41,682 nt of DNA. Source: Thermoleophilia bacterium (GTDB lineage Bacteria; Actinomycetota; Thermoleophilia; UBA2241). Shown here one piece after another: positions 9,167 to 17,031 of this stretch (the stretch's first letter is position 1; every line of letters starts with the position of its first letter). Location: positions 1 through 41,682 of the forward strand of contig DATIYD010000239.1 in assembly GCA_035517975.1 (NCBI GenBank), written 5' to 3'. The notes under the pieces were generated by a model. It had not been told where the DNA came from and ran no database searches. It saw nothing but the letters and a program-made list of their open reading frames with translations. The position numbers and the translations under genes are program-made.

Positions 9167-9394
9167 ACTATCGCACGTGCACCGATCCTTGTGACATGCG
9201 CGTAGCCGCCGAGGTAGACGAGACCAGACGGATGCTCGCCGGATGGGGCGACTCGCGCATCGCCGTTCGAGAGCACGTCCACGACAGGGTGCTGGGGCGG
9301 AGTGCAATAACCGATTCGCACCTGAGCGCCGTCAGCCGACAAGGACATCGTCAATCGGGCCGCGGGGCAGCCCCGACGCCCCACGGAGCAGTGG

Positions 9395-10162
9395 TCAGCT
9401 CACCGGATCTGAATGCCCAGGGGCACCTTTGTGGAGGCGGCGGATACCCATGCGCCGCAACCCGTCCGAGAAGAGCGCGACGAAATGCCGTCGCGTACCG
9501 ACGAGCCAGACATAGCCCACCGTGCGGTAGCCGCTTTTCGTCTGTCCACGACGTGATGCGAAGTTGGCGTGGTCTACGAAGCCGAGCAACCCGTGGCTGT
9601 CCGCGCACATGCGGTCCTCCAGGAGCACACGATGCCGATAGGCCTGCAGTCCGAGGCCACGGAACTCGGGCAATGTAAACCCGGCGTAGTTGTAGACGTA
9701 CTGCGCGGGAACGGAGATCACGAAGCCGGGGATGAGTTCGGGACATCCCCGCGTGTGCGCCCACGTGTATCCGGCAAGCTCGCCGTCCGCGTAGCTGAGC
9801 AGACAGGTGTCCCCGGCGAGGAACGCGTCGACCTTGCTGGGTCCGATCCCGAGCAGCGGATCCGCCGCCATCGCGTCCAGGTCGGCACGAGTCGCCGGGC
9901 GTGTGCTGAGACGCGCGCTCCATGTCGGGTCGGGCTCCCCGAGCCGTTCCCGATCCAGCACGATGATGTCCAGCCACGCGAAAAGAATCACCGCGTTCAA
10001 CACGCGGTACGAAGCGTGTTCCAGCGCCGCGATGGTACCGAACCGCCGGCGAATACCCCGCACCGTGTGGACATTCTTGACCACGCGCCTTGTCGCCTCG
10101 GCGCCGCGGACGCGCATGGCCAAACCCTTGATCGTCTCGGGTCCCGCGCGTCTGGATACCAT
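9395..10162 (-). CDS. GNAT-family N-acyltransferase-like protein
   Basis: 255 aa. FTLPEFRGLGLQAYRHRVL matches the acyl-CoA binding motif A (R/QxxGxG/A) in a beta-strand-rich context. The acyl-CoA specificity is unknown. Confidence 0.6.
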   Translation of the reverse strand: MVSRRAGPETIKGLAMRVRGAEATRRVVKNVHTVRGIRRRFGTIAALEHASYRVLNAVILFAWLDIIVLDRERLGEPDPTWSARLSTRPATRADLDAMAADPLLGIGPSKVDAFLAGDTCLLSYADGELAGYTWAHTRGCPELIPGFVISVPAQYVYNYAGFTLPEFRGLGLQAYRHRVLLEDRMCADSHGLLGFVDHANFASRRGQTKSGYRTVGYVWLVGTRRHFVALFSDGLRRMGIRRLHKGAPGHSDPVS

Positions 10163-10183
10163 GTCTCGCCGACCTCCGTCCTG

Positions 10184-10612
10184 CTAGTACAGCCGCGCGA
10201 CCGCGTCGCCGGCCGCGATACCGTCGCCTGCCTCATTGCGCACGTGGAGCTCACAGCGAACGAGACGACTGTCCCCGACAGTCTCGAAACCGACTATCTC
10301 GCCTGTGCAGTGGAGCGCGACCCCGGGCACCGCGCTCCCGCTGACCCTCCAGGACAGCCGGGCGATCTCTCCAGACTCGGCGAGCCAGTCGGTGAGCATC
10401 CGAGCGAGGAAATCGCCCAACAAAGCTCGCTGGACGACCACGTCCGGCAGACCGTCGGCCAGCGCTGCATCTTTGTCGTAGTGGATGCGATGACGGTTCC
10501 AGGTCGCGGCGCTGAACATGAACAGTTGCACGCGGCTCGGGACGACCACCAGTTCGGGTATCAGTGCCGGCAGCCGCTGCCGCGTGCCGTTCTGGTGCGA
10601 GTCCACCGCCAC
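10184..10612 (-). CDS. MaoC-like hot-dog fold (R)-hydratase/dehydratase subunit (C-terminal-type)
   Basis: 142 aa. FSAATWNRHRIHYDKDAALADGLPDVVVQ sits at the hydratase-motif position. The start abuts the stop of the upstream hot-dog gene with no spacer. Confidence 0.7.
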   Translation of the reverse strand: MAVDSHQNGTRQRLPALIPELVVVPSRVQLFMFSAATWNRHRIHYDKDAALADGLPDVVVQRALLGDFLARMLTDWLAESGEIARLSWRVSGSAVPGVALHCTGEIVGFETVGDSRLVRCELHVRNEAGDGIAAGDAVARLY

Positions 10613-11110
10613 TCAGACGCGTTTGATGTAGGTGGCGGCCTCAGAAGCCACCGGTCTGCCGTCGGCATCATCGAAGCGGGTCTCCACCACGATCATCCAC
10701 AGTGGACCACTTCTACCCTGTCTGGTGTAGATGTCACTGATCCGCGACGTGACTGTGATCGTCTCACCTGCCCTTGCTAGCCGGTGAACCGTGTAGTCGC
10801 TGCTGCCTCCCACCGTGCGTTGGGCGGGAAGCGGTAGGTCGAGCTCCGTGGGAGAACCATCCGGCGGAAGCAGATCAGGCGACACGTCGTCATAGGTCAT
10901 GGTCTGGCAGAAGAGTGGCGGCGCGACCACGGATCCGTGACGAGTCGTGCGAGCGTAGTCCTCGTCGAAGTGGATGGCGTCGGTGGCCCCGATCGCCTGG
11001 GCGAAACGCCTGATATCGCGCACCGTCACCTCGTGCCGACGGACGCGCTCGACACCGATCAGGGCGCGCGCCGCAGCGGGAATCTCGTCATGAGAACTCA
11101 CAACGAACAC
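10613..11110 (-). CDS. MaoC_dehydrat_N / FAS1-like dehydratase hot-dog subunit
   Basis: 165 aa. VRDIRRFAQAIGATDAIHFDEDYARTTRHGSVVAPPLF is typical of the N-type half of split MaoC dehydratases, which form HadAB-like heterodimers. Confidence 0.7.
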   Translation of the reverse strand: MFVVSSHDEIPAAARALIGVERVRRHEVTVRDIRRFAQAIGATDAIHFDEDYARTTRHGSVVAPPLFCQTMTYDDVSPDLLPPDGSPTELDLPLPAQRTVGGSSDYTVHRLARAGETITVTSRISDIYTRQGRSGPLWMIVVETRFDDADGRPVASEAATYIKRV

Positions 11111-11219
11111 GATAGCATCGTCGGCTCACGCCGTCACCGCTGCATCCCGGCGGCGTCGAGTCCGCGAGAGTCGCGGATGCTATGATGCAGCACTGCGCAA
11201 GCGATAGGGGAGTCGCCAC

Positions 11220-12464
11220 GTGACGGTACGAACAGTAGGCATCGATGCTATGGCCTTCCACGGGCCTGAGCACTACGTCGACATGGCCGACCTTGCCGCA
11301 GCTCGGGGCGTGGAGCCCGAGAAGTACACCCGTGGCCTGGGACAGCTCGCAATGGCCGTGCCGACGCCCTGTGAGGACACGGTGTCTCTCGCCATCTCCG
11401 CCGGGCGCAAGGTGCTGCAGAAGTTCGACGTCGATCCGGCCGAGATCGGAACACTGGTCGTCGGCACTGAGACAGGCGTGGATCATAGCAAGCCGGTCGC
11501 GACATACGTTCACGAGCACCTTGGTCTGGCGACGAACTGCCGTAGCGTCGAGACCAAGCACGCGTGTCTCGGCGGCTCGGCCGGCCTTAGCCTGGCGATG
11601 GACTGGATCGCCGCAGGCCGTGCGTGCGGCCGCAAGGCGCTCGTAGTGGCCGCCGACATCGCTCGGTACCGGCTCGGTACGCCCGGTGAGCCGACGCAGG
11701 GCGGAGGTGCCGTCGCCTTCGTGGTGAGCGAACGTCCGCGCCTGCTCGAATGCAATCCCGACATCTACGGCGACTACACGCGGCAGGTGATGGATTTCTG
11801 GCGACCACTCTACTCCAAGTACGCCTTCGTCGACGGTCACTACTCCATCGACTGCTACCTCGAAGCGCTGGCGAGTACCTGGGCCGACGCGGCCAGCAAG
11901 CGCGGCGCTGAGCACCAGCTGCCGATCGCCGGGCTCGACGCCTGCTTCTATCACGTGCCGTTCGTGAAGATGGCCAAGAAGGCTCATCATCGCCACTGGG
12001 AGGCGGAGCTCGGCCGAGCGATCGGCCCGGACGACTCATCCGCGCTCGCTGTGATCGACGACTCGTTCGAGCAGCGCGTGAAGCCCTGGCTGGGACTCAA
12101 TGCGACGGTGGGCAACATCTACACCGGGTCGCTGTTTCTGGCGGTCGTCGACTACCTGCGGCGCATCGACTCCCAGCGCGAGGGAAGAGCGGTCAGCCTG
12201 TTCGCCTACGGCAGCGGTTGCGGCGCGTCACTCCTGTTCGCGCGGGTCGCGCGTGATGCCTCGACGCAGACGAGCAAGCTCGACCCGCGGGCCGACCTCG
12301 ATCGCCGCCGGCGGTTGGCTGTCGTGGAGTACGAGGAGCTGACCCGTATGGCCGAGGCTATCGACGTTGACAACGGCGCGACGCTCGATCCCTCGGAGTG
12401 GGGGCTGGAACCGGGCGTGTATTACCTGGGCACACGCGACCACATTCGTCAATACGGCTCGTGA
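11220..12464 (+). CDS. Hydroxymethylglutaryl-CoA synthase family enzyme (MvaS/HCS-like)
   Basis: 414 aa. GTG start is preceded by GGGGAG. The catalytic triad context is present: VVGTETGVDHSKP (Glu), ETKHACLGGSAGL (Cys) and ACFYHVPFVKMAKKA (His). Confidence 0.9.
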   Translation: MTVRTVGIDAMAFHGPEHYVDMADLAAARGVEPEKYTRGLGQLAMAVPTPCEDTVSLAISAGRKVLQKFDVDPAEIGTLVVGTETGVDHSKPVATYVHEHLGLATNCRSVETKHACLGGSAGLSLAMDWIAAGRACGRKALVVAADIARYRLGTPGEPTQGGGAVAFVVSERPRLLECNPDIYGDYTRQVMDFWRPLYSKYAFVDGHYSIDCYLEALASTWADAASKRGAEHQLPIAGLDACFYHVPFVKMAKKAHHRHWEAELGRAIGPDDSSALAVIDDSFEQRVKPWLGLNATVGNIYTGSLFLAVVDYLRRIDSQREGRAVSLFAYGSGCGASLLFARVARDASTQTSKLDPRADLDRRRRLAVVEYEELTRMAEAIDVDNGATLDPSEWGLEPGVYYLGTRDHIRQYGS

Positions 12465-12500
12465 GCTGCCGACGAGGGCACGTCCGGCGAGCTGCCCGGA

Positions 12501-13583
12501 TCAGTCCTCTTTCATGGCCCCGGTTCTCGACCGGCGCCGCGCTTGCAGCCTTCTGATCGCGCCGGCGGAACTGACGATCGCGGGCGAGAAGATGCGCTCA
12601 TGTATCGCGACCGACTTCCTGGGCTCGCCCTTGGGCACGAATCCACGCTTGAACTGGTTGATGCCCCAAAGCCCGTCGCCTGGCCTGGCCGAGAGGCTGT
12701 AGCCGTCAAGATCGAACTCCGTGAACCCTTGCGCCTTGGCCCAGCACATGGCGTCCCAAAGGAGCCGATGGCTGGTCGGGAGATTCCCATGACGTCGCGA
12801 CGACGGCATCATGAGCATGTGGGCGGTGGAGCGGAAGGCCACCACGAGGACCGCCGCCAAGGGCTCTCCGTCGAGGCGCGCCACGAAGATCGTGCCGCCG
12901 GTACCGTCACGACACCAGTCACGGCTCACGGCCTCGATCCACGACGCGTCCGTCGGCTGCGTGCCTGTCCTGGCCGACATCTCCGCATCGAGCGCGGCGA
13001 GCGCGTTCCGGCCGCCTGCTCCATCCTCTTCGGTGACCTCGATGCCCAGTCCGGCCGACTGTCTGATCCTAGAGCGATAGCGCGATCGAAACGACGCCAG
13101 GATATCGTCCTCAGGTCGCTCGAGGTCGACGACGAGGGTCGCCCAGCCGCCCACCGCCCTTCGCCGCACGAAACCATGCGCGTCGAGGATCGTCTCGACC
13201 TCGTCTCCGACCGCGTCCAGACTCATGGCGGGCTGCAGACGCAAGCGTGCCGCCTCGCTGCGCAGCGTCTCGATCAGCCACGGCAGCCACTCGTGCAGGA
13301 CGCTGGGATCGAGCAGCGTAGGACCATGCTCGAACTCCCAGAACACGCGGCGCGGCACCGGCAGCCGGCGCCTCACACCGAGTGCGGTCAGGCAGATGGC
13401 GCCGTCGCGCTCGCACCAGAAGAAGTAGGGGCTGCGAGAGTGCTCCGAGCGACCGCCGCACGCAGCTTCCGCCCACGCCGGATCCTGCGCGAAGTGCGCC
13501 GCCGGCGCGCCGGCATTGAACTCACGCCACAGCTCGGTCCGGCGCTCGTCGAGTCGTTCGTCAACGTACGCCACGATGGCCAC
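12501..13583 (-). CDS. FemAB-like / BioF2-like GNAT-fold transferase
   Basis: 360 aa. GTG start is preceded by GAGGTGA. The tandem GNAT-like layout and a C-terminal block are typical of FemAB-family and EPS-locus acetyltransf_6 proteins: HMLMMPSSRRHGNLPTSHRLLWDAMCWAKAQGFTEFDLDGYS...GINQFKRGF. Confidence 0.7.
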   Translation of the reverse strand: MAIVAYVDERLDERRTELWREFNAGAPAAHFAQDPAWAEAACGGRSEHSRSPYFFWCERDGAICLTALGVRRRLPVPRRVFWEFEHGPTLLDPSVLHEWLPWLIETLRSEAARLRLQPAMSLDAVGDEVETILDAHGFVRRRAVGGWATLVVDLERPEDDILASFRSRYRSRIRQSAGLGIEVTEEDGAGGRNALAALDAEMSARTGTQPTDASWIEAVSRDWCRDGTGGTIFVARLDGEPLAAVLVVAFRSTAHMLMMPSSRRHGNLPTSHRLLWDAMCWAKAQGFTEFDLDGYSLSARPGDGLWGINQFKRGFVPKGEPRKSVAIHERIFSPAIVSSAGAIRRLQARRRSRTGAMKED

Positions 13584-13875
13584 AGGGGTTCACCTCATGA
13601 AGCGCAAGACGCCCGCCCGCAGGCTCACCGGCGTGCCGTCGGGCCGCAGGCTGCCCAAGGTTCGGATCAACGGCCCGGTCGGCGACGACGATACCAGGCG
13701 TCACCGCGACGGCGCGCTTCCCTCATCGCTGTTCGGTGGCTCGCAGTCTAAGCGAAAGTGAACGCTGGGGACAAGCGCGCTCGTCGGGCGAACGTCACGA
13801 CGGCATCCGTGGGGCGCGCTCGAAACCAACCACGTGGCGGTCGGCAGTCTGCGTGCTCGAGATGAAGGCCCGAAA

Positions 13876-13901
13876 ACGACGGGCTCGCGCAAGCCCGTCG
13901 T
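13876..13901 (-). terminator. Strong hairpin with T-run on the minus strand (orphan terminator-like element)
   Basis: acgacgggct / 6-nt loop / agcccgtcgt forms a perfect 10-bp GC-rich stem. On the minus strand it is followed by TTTTCGGG. No called gene ends just upstream of it on that strand. Confidence 0.4.
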
Positions 13902-13949
13902 CTCTTCCACCCGCTCGCAGGCGGCTCCCCTAGCTCATCGTTCGATACG

Positions 13950-14219
13950 ATGATAGCCTCGGTCCCAGAAAGCAGCACCGCGCGGCCGCGATCCCTCGTC
14001 GATGCGGAAGCCGAACTCTATCTTCTCTCGGAGGCGGGATTGATCAGCAACAAGCGAGCCCCGATCGCCACGGCAACGCTCAAGCGGGCCGCGATCCTCG
14101 GACGAGTCATCGAGGGCATCAGTGCACGAGACGACGAGCGCCGCGAGCTCGCCCGCCGCCGTGGGCAGCGGCGAACGCCTGCCAACGCGGCGATCGCGAC
14201 AAAAGACGTGACGGGCTGA
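13950..14219 (+). CDS. Hypothetical small protein (89 aa), doubtful
   Basis: The ORF ends 8 nt before the AsnB-like start. Third-position GC is moderately biased, there is no clear SD, and I recognise no motif. The ATG lies inside a tcatcg/cgatga hairpin (13935-13953). Confidence 0.3.
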   Translation: MIASVPESSTARPRSLVDAEAELYLLSEAGLISNKRAPIATATLKRAAILGRVIEGISARDDERRELARRRGQRRTPANAAIATKDVTG

Positions 14220-14227
14220 GGGGAGTC

Positions 14228-15934
14228 GTGTCCGGCTTCGTCCTCCTCGTCCAACGCCGCGGGCCCTGCCCGCCGCGGATGAACGCCACGCTGGCCCGCC
14301 TGGCCCGGCACCTTAGTCCCGACAACATCACGCCCAACCCGCCGGAGATCGTCGTCGATGGCGGGCTTGCTCGCCTGGTCCTCAACCCAGTCGAAAGCAT
14401 CCAGACGACCGACCACGCCCTCCTCCTCGGCGCGCTCTTCGAGGACGCCGACTGGTCCACCCGCGGCACTCAAGCCCCCGACGGGGCTTTTGCCATCGCT
14501 CGACACGACGCGGACCAGGTGGAGCTGCTCACCGACGTCTATGGCTCGCGTACCATCTGGTACGCCCACCGCGACGAGCTCTTCCTTGCATCCACGTCTC
14601 AGCGTGCCCTCATTGCCCTGCTTGGCGACTACGAACCATGTCCCGAGACGGCCGCGTGGATGACGGCTTCGGGGAACCTCGGACCGGAGCGCGGCTGGGA
14701 CAACCGTCTCGCGCGCGTCACTGCGGCGACCCGCCTGCGTCTCGACCGCCGCACATGGACGATCGCAGTCGACCGCGGAGGGTTCACCTACAGCCCCGTC
14801 ACGCTGCCGTGGAAGACTCATCTGGCGCACATGAAGGAGGGCATCTTCGCGGCGTGCGCGGCCGTCCACTTGGGGCAAGCCCGTGCCGCCCTCGCGCTCT
14901 CGGGGGGGTGTGACAGCCGTTCGCTGCTCGTCGGCCTCGCGCGAGCGGGCCTGCCGCTGACGTGTCTCACCTGGGGGCTGCGGGCATCGCTCACCGACCC
15001 TCGCAGCGATGCCTCCATAGCCCGCCGTCTCGCAAAGCGATTCGGGCAGCCTCACCAGTACCTCCCGCTCGATCAGGGCGACCGGTCCGTGCGAGACTGT
15101 TTCACGCTCTTCTTACGGAGCGGCGAGGGACGCATCGAGGACTACAGCGGCTACACGGACGGGTTCGACGCCTGGCGCCACATCTTCGAGGAGGGCATCT
15201 CGGTCGTGCTGCGAGGAGACTCACCCGGCTGGGGCGTCTACCTCGAGCCGTTCAACTACTCATGGACCCGTTGCGCCCATCACCACGCCACACTGGTCGA
15301 GGACTATTCCGAGGGCGATCTGATCCAGACCCTCGAACTCGCGCGCCAACACCTCCCCGAGTGCTTCTTCCCCACCGAGGGTGAGACCCTCGATCACTAC
15401 CGCGACCGCCTCTACAACGACTACGAGCTGCCCACGTGCATGTCCGCCATGAACGACCCCAAATGCGTCTATGCGGAAGTCGTCAACCCGCTGTTCGCCC
15501 GCGTCCTGGTGTCGACCGTGGCGCAGCTTCCCGACGAAGTGCGCCATCTCCGACGCGGCTTCGAACGCGTCGCGGTGTCATTAGTACCGGACGTGCCCCT
15601 CGCGACTCACCCTGCCGACGAGCCACTCGACCGCTATCTCGCGAGACCGACCGTACGCGCCGAGATCCTGGCCGAGCTCTCGTCCGAGAGTGCGCGGCGG
15701 GTGTTCTCCGCGGCTGCGCTCGGCACCGTGATCGCCGCCGCGGAGCGACCTGCGACGACGACGAGCGGGCGCCTCCGAGACGCCGTCAAGACGCGGGTCC
15801 CCAAGGGCCTCGTGAGCGCTCTCGGCGTGAGACCGCGCCTTCACTCCGAGGCGCCGAGACTTGCGTATCGGATGTACATCGCCTCGCGCATGGAGGCGAT
15901 CGCGCGGGAAGACGCGGCGGCAATGGCGAACTGA
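14228..15934 (+). CDS. Asparagine synthetase (AsnB)-like ATP-dependent amidotransferase/amide synthetase lacking the N-terminal Cys nucleophile
   Basis: 568 aa. GTG is preceded by GGGGAG. The GATase-2-like N-domain contains GAFAIARHD...LLTDVYGSRTIWY...LFLASTSQRAL, and the PP-loop is ALSGGCDSRSLL. The N-terminus is M-S-G rather than M-C-G. Confidence 0.85.
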   Translation: MSGFVLLVQRRGPCPPRMNATLARLARHLSPDNITPNPPEIVVDGGLARLVLNPVESIQTTDHALLLGALFEDADWSTRGTQAPDGAFAIARHDADQVELLTDVYGSRTIWYAHRDELFLASTSQRALIALLGDYEPCPETAAWMTASGNLGPERGWDNRLARVTAATRLRLDRRTWTIAVDRGGFTYSPVTLPWKTHLAHMKEGIFAACAAVHLGQARAALALSGGCDSRSLLVGLARAGLPLTCLTWGLRASLTDPRSDASIARRLAKRFGQPHQYLPLDQGDRSVRDCFTLFLRSGEGRIEDYSGYTDGFDAWRHIFEEGISVVLRGDSPGWGVYLEPFNYSWTRCAHHHATLVEDYSEGDLIQTLELARQHLPECFFPTEGETLDHYRDRLYNDYELPTCMSAMNDPKCVYAEVVNPLFARVLVSTVAQLPDEVRHLRRGFERVAVSLVPDVPLATHPADEPLDRYLARPTVRAEILAELSSESARRVFSAAALGTVIAAAERPATTTSGRLRDAVKTRVPKGLVSALGVRPRLHSEAPRLAYRMYIASRMEAIAREDAAAMAN

Positions 15935-15942
15935 GTCGAATC

Positions 15943-16989
15943 TCAGATCGCCGGCACGGCTGTATCCGCAGGCGCCGGCGCACTCGACTCCCGCAACCAC
16001 TCCGCCTCGCGCCGGAGGCCCTCGTCAAGGGAGACCTGCGGCGCGTAGCCGAGCTCGTCCTGAGCGAGGGTGAGATCGGCCCACGTGTGTTTCACGTCGC
16101 CGGCCTGGATGCCCTCGCCCCTGAGGCGCGCCGTGCAGCCGCTCACGTTCTCGAGACTGTGGATCGCCTCGAGCAGGGTCACGCGCGAGCCGCCGCCAAG
16201 GTTGTAAACAGCGCCACCGCGGCCCTCCATCGCCAGCACGATGCCCTCGACGATGTCGCTGACGAAGGTGAAGTCCCTGGTCTGATTACCCTCGCCGTAC
16301 ATCTCGAGCGGGCGACCCTCGAGTAGGGCGCGCAGAAAGATGTTGAAGGCCATGTCAGGGCGCTGGCGCGGTCCGTAGACCGTGAAGAAGCGCAAGGAGA
16401 CGGCGGGGACACCATGGTTGCGGTGGTAGAGGCGGCAGAGCTGCTCGCCGGCCAGTTTGGTGACCCCGTACGGCGAAACGGGGCGGCAGTTCGCGTCCTC
16501 GCGCATTGGGAGCTGGTCCGTGTCGCCGTAGACCGACGACGACGAAGCGTAAACGAGCTTGGGCACGCCGGCTTGCTTGCAGGCCTCGAGCACGAGCTGG
16601 GTGGCCAGCACGTTGTTGTCGCTATAGGTGCGAAAACTACGACCCCAGCTCGCACGCACGCCGGCCTGGGCGGCGAGGTGCACCACGCAGTCGGTCCCGG
16701 CGAGCAGCGGCGCCAAGCGCGGCCCGCCCAACGAGCCGGCGCCTTCGCGCGCGTCGCCGTCGGCCGCCGCCAGCGCGAGGAGGTTGTCCGTGACCAGCGT
16801 AAACCGTTCACAGGCTCGCGCACCGGTCAAGTTGGCCTCTTTGAGGGGCCTCGGGTAGTAGTCCTCGAACGAGTCGATCCCGACGACCTCGCAGCCGTCG
16901 GCCAGCAAGCGATCGACGAGATGCGACCCGACGAAGCCGGCCGCGCCGGTCACCACGATGCGGCGACGCTCGGTCGGTTTGTCAACCAT
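15943..16989 (-). CDS. NAD-dependent sugar-nucleotide epimerase/dehydratase (extended SDR)
   Basis: IVVTGAAGFVGSHLVDRL carries GxxGxxG, followed by YASSSSVYG and PVSPYGVTKLAGE (YxxxK). ATG at 16987-16989; the track start at 17016 is an upstream GTG. Confidence 0.9.
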   Translation of the reverse strand: MVDKPTERRRIVVTGAAGFVGSHLVDRLLADGCEVVGIDSFEDYYPRPLKEANLTGARACERFTLVTDNLLALAAADGDAREGAGSLGGPRLAPLLAGTDCVVHLAAQAGVRASWGRSFRTYSDNNVLATQLVLEACKQAGVPKLVYASSSSVYGDTDQLPMREDANCRPVSPYGVTKLAGEQLCRLYHRNHGVPAVSLRFFTVYGPRQRPDMAFNIFLRALLEGRPLEMYGEGNQTRDFTFVSDIVEGIVLAMEGRGGAVYNLGGGSRVTLLEAIHSLENVSGCTARLRGEGIQAGDVKHTWADLTLAQDELGYAPQVSLDEGLRREAEWLRESSAPAPADTAVPAI

Positions 16990-17031
16990 CGCTTCCCGCG
17001 CAGATGGCCGTCTCACGCGACCACGTATCCT

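Noticed and set aside
11220-12464. Mevalonate pathway entry point or polyketide beta-branching cassette
   Set aside because: The window contains no HMG-CoA reductase, kinases, thiolase, ACP, KS or crotonase-type ECH1/ECH2. The neighbouring dehydratases are hot-dog MaoC-type, not ECH.
7985-15934. RiPP / lasso-peptide cluster hypothesis (AsnB-like cyclase without Cys1, small ORF, radical SAM/SPASM)
   Set aside because: No transglutaminase-like leader peptidase, RRE/PqqD-like protein or plausible precursor is present. The 89-aa ORF has no recognisable core or leader features. The genes are interleaved with glycosyltransferase, deacetylase and exporter genes, so a glycan-modification role is the more economical reading. 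It remains an untested alternative.
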